DNA of 64,000 nt. Source: Takakia lepidozioides. Taxonomy: Eukaryota; Plantae; Bryophyta. Positions within the stretch are counted from its first letter, which is position 1; every line of letters starts with the position of its first letter. Below the pieces are notes generated by a model. The model worked only from the letters and a program-made list of their open reading frames with translations. It had not been told where the DNA came from and did no database searches. Location: assembly GCA_030704615.1 (NCBI GenBank), contig CM060733.1, forward strand, positions 21,700,001-21,764,000. Reading direction: 5' to 3'. The position numbers and the translations under genes are program-made. Positions 1 to 12,589 of the stretch are shown here, one piece after another.

Positions 1-119
1 ATCTGCGACTCCCTTAATGTGCTTTTTAAAGGTTTGATGAAGGAGACCAATGAAGTCATAAATGAGCCAAAGTGAACCAGTAAAAAAATGTAGTAGAGTA
101 ATGAAGCAAGCATAGCTCA

Positions 120-760
120 ATGAAGCAGACCAATACAGTACAGGGGTACACAAAGACAGTACACTCGACTAACGATGACCTGTGCCCCACATTCAGGCGA
201 CCACCGAATTTAGTATACCACTATCTCATGGAGTAGACCAACAACCGTGGTCCTAAGTCCACCTCGTGGAGGTAGCACACCAATAACATCAATTCAGCAA
301 CAGACCTCGGCGAGGAGTACTGCATACATTGAGAGATCAATAACATCGGTTCACCAGCAGACCACGTGGAGCAGTACACAATACAAAACATCGACCACAA
401 ATGTTAAGCAGTAGACCACAACAGCAGACTAATGAAATATTCCACAAAAGTGTACATCATATATAAAAATGAACAGACCTGCACCACACACCACATGAAG
501 CAGACCAATATAGTACAGGGGTAGACCACGACAGTACACTCGACTCCGTGGAAGTAGCAGACCAATAACATCAGTTCAGCAGCAGACCACGTCCAGGAGT
601 ACTGCCAAACCACGTGAAGCACTACTCAATACAAAACATCGACCATAAATGTTTAGCTCTAGACCACAACAACAGACTAATGAAATGATCCACAAAAGTG
701 AACAGACACATCATATATAAAAATGAACAGACCTGCACCACAGACCACATGAGTAAATTT
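120..760. repeat. Degenerate direct repeats (about 250-370 bp spacing) rich in AGACC motifs
   Basis: Recurring blocks: 'cagaccaata..gtacaggggta..gacagtacactcgact' (about 126 and 501), 'aatacaaaacatcgacca' (about 380 and 628), 'aaatgaacagacctgcaccaca' (about 467 and 722). Confidence 0.7.
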
Positions 761-790
761 TCATTTATTGCCCGGCCTAGATGAAATAAC

Positions 791-1741
791 CTAGACATCG
801 GAAGAGTCCGACACGTCCGACATCTTCCTAGATGACAACTGTCTTTCTACAACTACATTCTCCATAGTACTGCGTGCTTTCAAAATGTACTCAACACACT
901 TTAGGCGTTGCCTGCAAGCATAGCGGAATGTAAACCAATTTGACGTAAACGGCTTCCTCTCTCTCTCTAAGTCCTTTGCCACGATCACTCTTCAACAAGT
1001 CGTAGAACCCCTCGATAAAGGACATGACGTAAAAGTCACATTCCCACGAGAAGGGTTGTTGTGGCACTTCAGGGACATGAAAATTGAATGCAGTGGCCTC
1101 GTCCCACGACGTAGTGTGCGGCTCCAAGCCGAGACATGCTCCATACACATTTCGAACCCATGGCAATATCTCCACGGGTTTGTGCATCTCCTTGATTGAG
1201 TTCAGATGAGTGAACACGCTGAGCACCCGGTCAATAATCACCAAACTCCAATGATACCTGCCACAACGCAGGGCGCATCAGCACAATGGAACAGCTGCAA
1301 ATCAAAATGGTAGACCCATTAAGCAGACTGGTAGACCTAGGCAGACCAATGTTGTAGACCAGTGATGGTGGACCAATGATAAAGGGCAGAGAAACAGTGG
1401 TACGCACGAACGCAGAACACTTACCCATCAACTATTGGTACCAGTATGTACTTGCAGGTCTTCGGGTCCTTCCCCATACGATGCACTGTCAATCCGTGCT
1501 CCACCTGCGAACGAACCCGTTCGTGACCTGGACTCCAGTGAATCTTCACTACACTCCAAACCCACGTCGGCAAAATAGCAACATCATTATATGTCTTCAC
1601 ATCCAGATCTTTATGATAAAACCTATACCACAACTCAAGCAATCGGTCTGTAGCCTCCGATTCCTGTTTCTCTAGGGCTTTGAGATCCTCGGTGGCAACA
1701 CTGCACTCAAACTGTGGGTCGTTTTCAAAAAAGTACAGCAT
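791..1741 (-). pseudogene. Ulp1/SENP-like (peptidase C48) protease domain, transposon-associated, degenerate
   Basis: Splicing a GT..AG intron (about 1423-1258) joins KYILVPIVDG to YHWSLVIID..FTHLNS..VPQQPFSWECDFYVMSFIE, matching the C48 HW / DS / PQQ-x4-C pattern. The catalytic Asp reads Asn and there is a frameshift near 985. Low-complexity ORFs at 2062-3083 are probably earlier exons. Confidence 0.7.
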
Positions 1742-3741
1742 TGCTTTTCCCTCAGAGATATGTGCGTTGAAAGTGGAGCCAAATCAGGCAGTGAACCCGC
1801 ACAAACTCGGAAAAAACCTTTAAGAAGATAGACCACGACAGAACCGGGCTGGCGGACCCAGAAGGACCACAGCCAAAAGGACCAGACCTACAACGGATAC
1901 GGTACCAGACCCAAGGACCAGACCAACGGAGCAGGCCAATGGAGCGGACGAACGGTAGCCACATCAGACCCAACAGACCCATGAAGCAGACCCATACAAC
2001 CTTTTTGCTGCAGACCCATGGAGTTGGTGTGTTCAGAGCATCGCAAGCAGACCATCGACACTTACTTGTGTCTGTTACGGAGCTCCGCAACTTCACTCTC
2101 CACTTCCAAGCAGACCTTCCGGTCAGCACTCATGTATACTCCGGACTTCGGTTTTTTTGCAACGGCTTTTTGGGGGGAAATTGTTTTTAGCCTCGGGTCT
2201 GCCACGCCATCTGGTATGCGCTTCTTCCCAGCCCTATTTGGTGAAGCAGGTTCCTCCAACTTCTTTTCCAATGCAACAGCCGTCTCCTTCATACCCTCCT
2301 GGAGCTGGCTAGCTCGGCTTCGCAACAAGATTTTGTCCTGGGGTTTATTAACACTCTGTGGTCCCGTTCTAGACGCTTCCTGCACTCCATGGGTCGAACT
2401 GGCCCCTACGGTGGGGGTTATCACTATTGGTACACCCTTTGTGCTTGACCCCAAGTTGAGCACTTGCAACGGACCACGAGCTGAGACCTCAGACGCAATA
2501 ACCTTCACACGAATATCAGACCATAAAACATCAGCAATGACTACCCAAATGCACTGAAAAAAAAAAAAATGACTGCAAAAATGCAATGGAATCAGACCTT
2601 TGTGGGTGTCTGCAATTGCGCCACTCCTGTGGCAGGTACATCTTCGATTACAGTGACTAGTTGCAGAGAATGAGAAGGGACAGAAACATGGGCATGGGTT
2701 TCAACAAGGTCTGATGAATGATCTGTTGTGGGGTCGAACATGCGGAGCACCCTATCAACAGATTGGTCTATTGCTAGTAGTGGGTCTACAGACGAGTCGG
2801 GGTCCACAAAAGTAAGCGGAAAAACGGCCAAAGATGCATCGTCATCTGCTGTAGACCCTGCCTTTAACAGATGGGGAAGGTCACCGACCAAACTGTCACA
2901 ATCATAGTCCATAGTTGCAATTGCAGAATTGGTCTGTACTATAGATAAATGAGCACTGACACCTTCTCGGTTCTGTTTAGGCTGTGTTGTGTCAGAAGGT
3001 CTAGTGGCAAGGGTAAGGTCCACTACCATTCTCTGCTTCTCAGCAGATGTTGCAGTGGGGGGGAAAGGAATTTCTCCTCTCATTTTCTACAACTCGTAAT
3101 TGCCAGGGAGGATCGGCGTTGCTTCCTGGGTTATCGCCAAGTCTTCAGAAGGTCTGATGTCCTGCACTGGCAAGGTCTGCTGATGTTGGAATGGTGAGGT
3201 GTCGACGTCCATACTTGCGTCGCGATGCACTCTGCGGTGCATTTGTCAAGCAATGTACCAGGCAGGGTGTCCTCCTACAAGGTCTGATCTTCTTTCCTCT
3301 GCTCCAGCAAGGTCTGATCAGGTCTGATTTGGTGTGGTCTGGTCTTGTCTGGTCTTGTCGGATCTGCTGTGGTGTGCTCTGACCTGCACTGGTCTGCCCA
3401 GGTCTGCTTTCCACCACTGCTTTGGGAAGGTGATGGGTGCCCGCTAATCTGGAAAGGTCTGCTCATGTCCGGCAATTTTCGGGTAAGGTGTGCAATGCCT
3501 CCACGAAAGTCTGTTTTGGCAACGAAAAGTTTTTGTCACCCACATTCTCGGGCTTGGGATCACTGGCAATCCTGTCGGGGGTCTGCTGTTCCTTGTTCTC
3601 CGTAATCCAGTCGGGGGTCTGCTGGTTCGCATGTCAGTATTTGGGAGTCTGCTGGGAAGGGTCTGCTCGCTCCACGGTCTGCTCGCTGCGGGCCTCCTGG
3701 GTCTCCATGGGAGTTGGGTTCTGTGTGTCTGCTGTTGTACG

Positions 3742-4423
3742 TGTCGTGCGCATACATATTGTACACAACTACATCATTGTCCAAAATCACACAACACATG
3801 TGCACACCACACACTAGTATACCACTAATCCACCACTAGTCCAGCCACTAGGCTACAACTAGTCAGTCACTAGGCTGCCACTGTGCTGCCCACTATGGCA
3901 GTCACTAGTCCACACAATGATAAAGAAGAAGAATACAAGCACAAGCTCATGCGAGCTCACAAAGCTGAAGCATAAACTCATGCATATATAACCTCATCAC
4001 TCAAATACAAGTCAAGCCAAGTGCACCCCACGCCATGGGGAATCCACACTACGGCGCCATAGCTAGGCGCGGTGAGGCTCAACTCGAGAAAGATGAGCCT
4101 CCCGCGCTTGCCGTGAAGATAACCACTCCAGGGCCTAAATTTGCCTTGACCCCTGGATTGACACTTGGGCCAATCCCAAATGTCAATATGTAAAAGCTAG
4201 CTATTTCCTAGCTAGTTTCACACTAGTGGTAAAATAACTGACAGCTGTCGTGCGCATACATATCGCTACACAACTACATCGCTGTCCAAAACCACACAAC
4301 ACATGTGCACACCACACACTAGTATACCACTAGTCCACCACTAGTCCAACCACTAGGCTACAACTAGTCAGTCACTAGGCTGCCACTATGCTGCCCACTA
4401 TGGCAGTCACTAGTCCACACAAT
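3742..4423. repeat. LTR-like region with A-B-A layout: about 177-bp direct repeats (3742-3918, 4246-4423) flanking block B
   Basis: Both A copies run 'tgtcgtgcgcataca...cactagtccacacaat'. On the - strand the 4246-4421 copy reads TGTGTGG...CACGACA (TG..CA) and is preceded by purine-rich AGGGGGCGAT, a candidate PPT. Confidence 0.75.
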
Positions 4424-4680
4424 CGCCCCCTAGCTGGTGCTTAGGTCCCTCTAAGTCCAGGTAGCCACAAGATGTGATAGTGACCATAGCCTCACTAAGT
4501 CCTCCACCACTATCCCTACTACACTCAAACTCGATAGATCAAGAGGCCGGGTGCAAGAGTTGCCCCATCGTTAGTCGCCGTCTTGCAACCTGTGAACTTG
4601 AGCTTGGGATCTCATGTATTGACTCCTATGAGCTTGGCCTCCCATGTCTTGTTAGCTGCCTCCAGTCATGTCCACTGCCA

Positions 4681-4790
4681 CTATCCCAAGCAGTGTGGAC
4701 ACAACCAATCTCCGTCAGGAACCTTCTCAAGAGGTGGTGTCAAGCATCCCATATGCCAACCCCTTGAGCATCGATCACACACCAGCATGG
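4681..4790 (-). pseudogene. PHD finger (C4HC3) at the C-terminus of the retrotransposon integrase
   Basis: CMLC..MLVCDRC.RGWH..CLTPPLEKVPDGDWLCPHC has complete PHD ligand spacing; it ends ORF 4681-5034. Confidence 0.9.
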
Positions 4791-5098
4791 TGGCTGCCCC
4801 TTTGGCAGACCCACAGAGCATGCACCTCAAACCTGCAGGTACCACTGCCAAGTTTGGGTCAACTCTGCCATCGACATTGGGAAGGTGACATGGCGCACAA
4901 TTACGCACATGGTCCTTCCAAGTCATGCCATCCCGACCCTCCAAGATCAGGACCCCTGAGGGCAACACCTCTCGAACCCTCAGAATAACACGCCTTGCAG
5001 TAACATCCAGAGTCGTAGGAGCAGTCTGCTGCAAATAAACATAGGGCTAAACCTCCGAACCCCAGGACGATATCCTCCACCACGTATAGTGGCATACC

Positions 5099-6142
5099 TC
5101 AACATATCACGGTGCTGTGCAATGGCAAGGTTCTCAAAAGCCATGGGCATGACTTTCTTGAACAACTCTGCACGCTGATCACATGCACGTACCCACACGT
5201 CCGGATCGTCAAGGTTAAGGACTTGAGCAGTGTCCCTACGAATGGCTGCAGGCAAATCCGGCTCTCGGCCAAAGAGAAGAAATATGGTGAGAAGGAGGCA
5301 AGTGATGCTTGTTTGCTGAACCTGTAGCCCATGGCTAACCAAGGAACCTGAAGATCCCAATCTCCTAGGTGTCCCTTCTGCAAGCCATACTTGCGCAAAC
5401 CCCTCTTCACCGTCTGAACAACTCTCTCTGCTAAGCCATCGGCCTCAGGATGATCCCGAGAAGTGGTGCGGTGGTCTATCAAGGCTTTATCACACAAAGC
5501 CTGAAACTCCCCCAAGAACTCTCTCCCTTGGTCCGTGAGTACCTCAGCTGGAGCACCAAATCGGCTAAGCACACGATCCAAGAATGCATACGCAGCCCCC
5601 TCACTAGCCTTGTCAGGCAATGGAACCAACTCAATCCACTTGGAGAAGTGCTCCACCATCACCAACACATATCTGTGGTGGCGCATAGTCAGTGGCAACG
5701 GTCCTGCGAAGTCAAGACTCCACCTGTAGCCCAATCCCATGATTGGTAAAGGATGCAACTGTGGTGTAGGGGCGTTGAATGAAGCACGCACCCTGTCACA
5801 CACCATGCACCTAGCCACGAACTGTTGCACCTCTGTATGCATACCACGCCACCAATACTGCCCCTGCAGTAAACTGTGAGTGCGTCGCACTCCAAAATGC
5901 CCCAACTCCTCATGGGCATGCCGCACTAACCGTGCACGCTGTGTGGGGTGAGGCACAATCCTCACCCGACCATCCTCCCACACTCGAAGTAGGTGTATCC
6001 CCTCCCACTTGAACCTCTTGGCTCGTTGCAGGATCCGATCCCTCTCCCTGGCAGTCACAAGTGGCTGCCGTGTCTCCCGTGCGGAGGTAGTCCAACACAG
6101 CCGAATCCTCATGTATATCTCTGGCACCACCTGGCTCATCAC
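5099..6142 (-). pseudogene. Gypsy integrase (HHCC zinc finger plus DDE core)
   Basis: HEELGHFG..YWWRGM..CMVC; WSLDFAGPLP; VLTDQGREF; HPEADGLAER. Frameshifts near 5280 and 5045. Confidence 0.92.
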
Positions 6143-6175
6143 TAGCCTCAGGGTCCTCAGACACTCCGTCTACAG

Positions 6176-7650
6176 TCATCCCTGTTGTAGGTCCAACCTG
6201 ACCTCCGATGCCAAGATACACAAAAATGCAGATGCGTGCCATCCCGGCACCATCTCCTCGTCCGTCTCACCATGCCACCGAGCTCCAGTGTCATCCTGCT
6301 GGCTCATGCATGGATTGCGACTCAATCCATCCGCATCCCGATTGACCAAACCCGGTCGATGCACAACCTGAAAGTCATACTCCTGGAGTATGAGTGCCCA
6401 CCGTGCAAGCTTCCCCGTAAGCTTGTCTGACTCCATCAACCACTTGAGTGGCTGGTGATCCGTGACAAGGGTGAAAAGATTGCCGTATAGATAGCACCTG
6501 AAGTGTGCCACGGCCCACACTGCAGCTAAGCACTCTCCCTCATATGAGCTGTACTTAGCCTCTGCAGCGTTGTTCGAGCGGCTAGCATAAGCCACTACGA
6601 ACTCTCTTCCCTCATCATCCACCTGTGTGAGCACCGCTCCAAGCCCCAGCATGCTCCAATCCGTATGCAGCTGAAAGGGACGCCCCCTGATAGGTCGTCT
6701 CAGGATAGGCGCCGAGGTCAACCTCGCCTTGAGCTCTTGAAAAGCTCCTTCCTCCCACTGCCACTCCTTGGTCAGCTTGGTTAGAGCCTTTGCAATGGTA
6801 CTAAATCCCTTGACAAACCGTCTATAATAGTTTGTCAACCCCATGAAAGCTCGAACTCGGCTCACATCCGTGGGGCGTGGAATTTTGCAATGGCCTTACC
6901 TTAGTCTGCTGTACCCCCAATCCTCCAGGATATATCATGTGACCCAGATACTCAATCTGGTTGTGGAAAAAATTTGCACTTCCCCGGATGCAACTTCAAT
7001 CCGTGCGCTCTCAAGCGCTCCAATACCACCTGAAGGTGTCTCTCATGCTCCTCCATCGTAACACTAAAGATGATGATGTCATCTATGTAGCACCGAGCAA
7101 AGTCCACCCCTGCTAGAATCCTATCCATGACTCTCTGAAACTCTGCAGGAGCATTCTTAAGCCCAAATGGTAAGAACCGCCACTGATATAGGCAATCCTT
7201 GTCGTGCTCATTGATCCCCCAGAATGCCGTCTTCTGCTTGTCCGCCTCCTTGATTGGCAACTGGTGATATCCGGATCGTAAATCCAAAGTGCTAAAGGCC
7301 TTAGCATGCCCGATGGCATCAAAGATCTCCTCTGTGTTGGCATGGCATACTTATCGAACTTGGTCTGACGATTTACAGGCCGGTAATCACCGCACATACG
7401 TCTCTCCATCCAATTGCCATAGACATCCTTCTTGGCTGGCATCACTGTGGCTGAAGCATACTCTCCACCAGAGAGCTCCACCAAACCTGTCCCCCCAGAG
7501 ATCTTGAGTCCTCATCTGAATCAAAGACCTCTCCATGTCACTGTATCTATAGGGTCTCCGAAAGATTGGCGTGTCAGTGGCCAACTCAATACGGATCTCT
7601 TGACCCTCCAGTGCTCCCAAGTCCTTCAAACTGAAGGCAAAACAATTCAT
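6176..7650 (-). pseudogene. Gypsy reverse transcriptase plus RNase H (several frameshifts)
   Basis: RMCGDYRPVN, DLRSGYHQ, LPFGLKNAPAEFQR, YIDD, KCKFF, FMGLTNYYRRFV, LHTDWS..GLGAVLTQ, YSSYEGECLA, TDHQPL, DADGLSR. Confidence 0.95.
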
Positions 7651-8019
7651 GTAAGCCCTCAGGAACCGCCATATACGTCGTCTCTCTCCTCCGGTGACAA
7701 TGGGCCCAATGTCAGGCTCCCAATTGTCCTCCGTAACTGCAACCTTAAGTCCAGTGGGCTTAGAGGTAGAGGACGCGTCTTGTGGTTGCTATGTTGCAAC
7801 CTCTTGAGCAGTACTCCGTGCCTGCTCAGTCAATGACAAGGCCTCATCCTGCCCCATCATCTCATCCTTGAGGACGAGCACCTCCCACGTATGTCATGGA
7901 TGCATGCACCCCGTGGTCCTCACATGCTCGCCCCCACTCACTGCCTGTACCGTCTCAGTAGGTAGAGAGACCATTGAGGAAAGTGTACTCCGCACTCTGC
8001 GTTGCTCAGCCAGAGCCAA

Positions 8020-8970
8020 GCTGATAATCCAGGTCAAGCAATTGAGATCCATTGCTTGCCCCAACACTTGATGACGTGATGCCTCAAAAAAAGACGACAC
8101 CGCCGTGGTACCAGTGGTAAAACCCATTGCCCGCTCACGCTCGTCAGCATTAGGCTCCACTAACTGCTGCAACTGAGCATCCCACAGGAGGCCAGGTCCA
8201 CTATCCCGGAAAGCATGCGATCCTGGGAAGCTGAGCAGTGTAGGTAATGCTGCTCGTGGTTGACCCACCTTGTTGACCACTTCTTAAGGCGAACGGTCAT
8301 CGTGTCTCACACGCTGAGACTGCCTCCCTGTGTCCAGAATACTATCCACTATGAGATGTGCTGGCCGCTGCACCCCATCAAATGCACGCTTGAGCAGTGC
8401 GGGTGGCATCAAGTTAGTCCACCATAACCGTGGACGATGAGCTCGTGACCCCACTGTAGCTGCATCTAGCAACACTGCTGACCCAAGCCACGACCGGACT
8501 TGATGCACACTGGCCATCACCCTGGCCCGAGAATCGCCCATCAGTGGCACATTCTCCAAGATGTATGCTGGAGATACAGCTTGATGAAGCTGCAAGTGGC
8601 GCAAAACCCGCACCATCTCCCAAAACAGACCCGACCTCGAGTCTCGCAATCCATTGCCATGCCCGGCTAATGAATGCCTTTGGCAGGGCCAACCTGCCAC
8701 TACCAGATCAATGGAGCCAACCCGCTCCAAATCTGCGCCCCCAGCAACGAAATGTCTGCTGGCAAGGCCTGCTGATATCCACGAATTGCAGACACCGACA
8801 ACAACTCAGGGTACCGCTGCACCAACTGAGCAACATGGCGAAGTGAAACGCGTCGTGCACTCTCATCCCTCTCCACATACAGGTAACGCCAACTGTACAC
8901 CTGCCTGTAACACAGCAGCCAATCCGGTGCTGATCCCGCCAAACAAGTCCAGAAGACAAATGCCTTCATC
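8020..8970 (-). pseudogene. C5-cytosine DNA methyltransferase domain, DNMT3-like, between protease and RT
   Basis: Motifs in linear order across frames: I LLDLFGGISTG, II YVERD, III DI, IV IDLVVAGWPCQ, V GLRDSRSGLF, VI YILENV, VIII DA..SRAHRPRLWWTNL, IX ERERAMGF, X RHQVLGQAM. Two frameshifts and one in-frame stop at 8284. Confidence 0.9.
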
Positions 8971-9249
8971 CGGATACTGCCATACAATAGGTGTGGTGTC
9001 CAATGGAGACAACTGAGGTGGTCCTGGTGCAATCCCCGCACTCTCCTCCTCTCCTGACGGTACAAAAGCCTCCACCCAGGCTTGTTGCACCCGTGATCAG
9101 CATCCCGCTGCAAATCCTTGCTCGTGCCCCACAATGGAGTCTGAGCAACCATGGTAGGCAACTCCGCCTTACCATACATGTCATCCTGCTCTCCCGGAGG
9201 TGATACATCCTCTGAATGAGCGTTGCCCTCAAGCAACTCTCTAGGCCAA

Positions 9250-10184
9250 CTCACTGCCGCTGTGAATGCTGCTAGTGTCGGCATCTTGCCTCGCTGGGCA
9301 ACCGCAACTCCTCCTATGAATGTCACAGGGAGCTGCACACGCCGGGCCTCCCCTGACTGCCATGCAGGCCTATAGGAAGCTGACTCCTCCCAAAAATCCA
9401 GGGTGAAGCCCATGGGGTACAACACTGCCCCACCAACCAGGACATCGTATGAGACCGCGTCTGTCACAATGGCCTTGGCTCGCGTCATTGAGCCATCTGT
9501 AGGGTGATCCGGCTGTAGTCTGACAGCCAACTCACGCCGTGTCATGCCCCGAGCCTGCTCCGATCCTCCCAGAGACGTCTGTATCTGGAAAGGACAAGGC
9601 TCCATATCCGCCTCCGTGAGGCCCAAGCCTGCAATAGCAACTCTGCCCAACATCAATGGCTGAGCTCCCGAGTCCAACAAGACCCGCAGTGGCCGGTACC
9701 TCTTGCCTGCCGGTCCACTCAAACAGAAAATACCATCCTGGTTGTCTAGCATGACAACTCCAGGTTTCACCATGGCGCGCTCAATGGCTAGCCTAGCTGG
9801 CAGCTCCATCAACCTGGCAGCTGCAGCTTGCCATGGCGCCGCCGTGGCAGTCTTGACCCTCAAATCCGAGGATCCCTCCGGCACTACACCTCCCACTATC
9901 TCCGCAGAAGATGAAGTAACCTCCCCACTCTCACAGAGTGTAGCTGCCAGCCTGAACACCTCAGCTGGTCTTACCCCCGGCGTCGCAATCATGGTAGCCG
10001 AGAACAATAGAGCCTGGCACACAAATGTGGCCGCTCCTAGCAGCACACTAGCTGCCGTAGCCTTGGCAACACTAGGTAGTGGTGCTACCCGTGTAGCTCT
10101 CCCCAATGGCATAGTAACCTCCGCCTCGGTAACAGTCGGGCGAGAACTAGGTGCCATGGATGGCGTCGACACTGTCTCCGCCAA
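9250..10184 (-). pseudogene. Retroviral-type aspartic protease region of pol
   Basis: RVLLDSGAQPLMLG (about 9680-9650) and YDVLVGG downstream, within ORF 8700-10184. Confidence 0.85.
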
Positions 10185-10283
10185 TGTGAATGACTAAGGA
10201 AGCCTAGCCTGACGGCTTGCCTCCCCACGCTGTGGATCCAACTCCACCTCTACACCTCGTGCCTAAGGAACTCATGCTGCTCC

Positions 10284-11868
10284 TCAAGTCACGGCTGCAG
10301 CAGACTCCACCTGCACTAGTGGTAGTGCTACTCCACACATGAATCCCATGCCTCCCATATCTCCTCCCTCAGGAGCAGGAGGTGGACCATCTGGCCTTAG
10401 AGCCGGTACCACCTGAGCTATAGCCATGGCAGCGAGCCTCTGCTCTAGCTGCTGAAGCCGGTTGGCCATGCCTTGGTCAACACCCTGACCTCCGCGTCCT
10501 TGGCCATGTTGAGCTTGCCCTTGGCCTGCACCTCGTCCTCTCTGGGCTGCTCCACCTCGCCCCGGCCACCATTGTTCCCTTGGAACTGGCATGGGCGCAA
10601 CTCAGGATGCAAACCATAACACTGGGCCTCTCCATGCTCGTGCTTGCCACAATGCCCACACTGCAACTGTGCAGGCTGTGCATGTGCTGGCCATTTGCCT
10701 CCCTCTGGGCAATCCTTCTTGACATGGGGTCCTCCACATGTCCAACACACCACATCCGCCTGTTGAAGGGAGAGGCCCCCGGCATCTGAGGTCCTCTCTC
10801 CCCTTCCCTGAGCTTCACCTGAGCCCCCTTGTTGCCTTGAGCACATTGAGGTAGTGGTTGGCTAGGAGCACCACTACCCCGTGGTGTCTCCTTAGCAAAT
10901 CCCACCATGACCACTCGTTCCTCCACCATGTTGAGCTCTATCCGCTCTGCCAGCAAAAACACATTTGCTAAGGTGGGTTGGGCCGCTTGTAGGAGAGTTG
11001 CATCCTGCACCCTTCTCCTCAACTCCTCCTTGTCCAATATCCCATACCAGAATTGGACTGCCTGAGCCTCCGTAACCCCTTGGATTACATTTATCAAGCG
11101 CCTCATGCGAGTGAAAGCCTCACTCAAGCTCTCGGTCGGCTCTTGCAAGCTCCGCAACTTCTCTGTCCTCACCCCTTGGTAGTTCCCTCTCAACTCTTCG
11201 AAGAACTCCACAACAGGGTTGAAGGCAGGCACGGGTGCTGGTGCTGGTGCGGTAGTGGCTTGGGTGGACGTCGTAGCTACGGTACCACCAGTCCTACTAG
11301 TCCCACTACTGCTTGTTGAAGCTGCCGGTGCAGCGGCAGGTGCAGCGGCAGGTGTAGCCACTGCCCTCGTGGCTCTAGTGCCCCTAGTGATGGAGAAATA
11401 GTCGGGTGACCAGTATATCCTCCACTGCTCGATCTCAACCTCATGCCCCCGCCTGAACTCATGGTAATCATCCATAGGCGGCCCCTCAAGGTGCTGAAAC
11501 AGCCCCTTCCATGCCATGAAAGGCGTAAATAGTTGTGGATTGCGCATTTGCTGCAAATCACACCAACTATCAAACTCTTGGATAAAATCATCCAACTCGA
11601 TGGTGCCCACCGCCCCAGAGTACCTTTGTGGCCCCTTGGTAGCTCCATACATCTCCTCCATTGTGTCCCACAACAATGGCAAAGAAACAACTTGCACCGC
11701 CGGTATGAGTCCTCTTGATTCACAATCCGAATCAGAACCTTCCGTAGAAGACACAGGAGGTGAAGGTGGCCTAAACCGCACACCTCGTCTCGTGTACCCA
11801 CTAGTATCGCTAGTGCTCGAACCGGCACTGTCCCCAGCAACTAGTGGCACCTCCGTGTTGACACTCAA
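10284..11868 (-). pseudogene. Gag with two zinc knuckles (frameshifted)
   Basis: Capsid-like segment RYSG..LDDFIQEFDSW..LQEPTESLSEAFTRM; knuckles CWTCGGPHVKKDC and CGHCGKHEHGEAQC in ORF 10445-10846. Confidence 0.82.
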
Positions 11869-12589
11869 CCGGTCATGAACATGTCCCTAACCCCTTCTCC
11901 ACAAGGTAACCGGATAGAGAACCTGTTGCAGCTTATGGTTTGGAATACTAAGTTCCTAACATAGCCTACACATGTATCTGCATCCACCGCAAACACTCCT
12001 ATGGTTGGCTGGTCATCACCTCCAACCTCACCACAGGAGAAACAATGATGGTCTGGCTGGTCGTCACCCCAGCCTCACCACAGCCTGCTCTAGGACTGGC
12101 CGGTGATCAAATCCGGACCAATCACTTATAAAAACAAGCACCCACACAAAACTAGCATGGCGCATAGTCAAGCATGCAGGTATGGAGGGGATCCAAACAC
12201 AAGAAATCAGAACGACAACTCCCCCACACCAAAAACAACTCCACGGTGTTGCTCCTGTAAGGACACCCCAGCCCAAACCCGGACTGACTCTTGCCTCCAC
12301 CTACGGAAAGGTCTTGGCCTAATGAGAGGGTGGAAACTACGAGGAAGAGAAGCTAAAGCAATGCCTAACCCCAACATGCCCTAATCCCAACACTCTTCCT
12401 CTCCTCTCTTCCCTCACTTGCATGACCATGGGAATATCATGAAGATACTCCTCAAACCGCCCTCCACGAGCTTCAAAATTCGGCCTTCAAGACCACATAC
12501 CAGTCCTTAGGCAGTCCACTAGTGCCTCCACGAGTCAGCACAGGCCGTCCACAGGTCAACACGAGCCACCATAGACCAGCACAGGCCCA

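Noticed and set aside
8020-8970. Bacterial restriction-modification methyltransferase or contamination
   Set aside because: The domain is collinear with gypsy pol, has DNMT3-like motifs VIII-X, has no nuclease partner and lies in a window with spliced plant genes.
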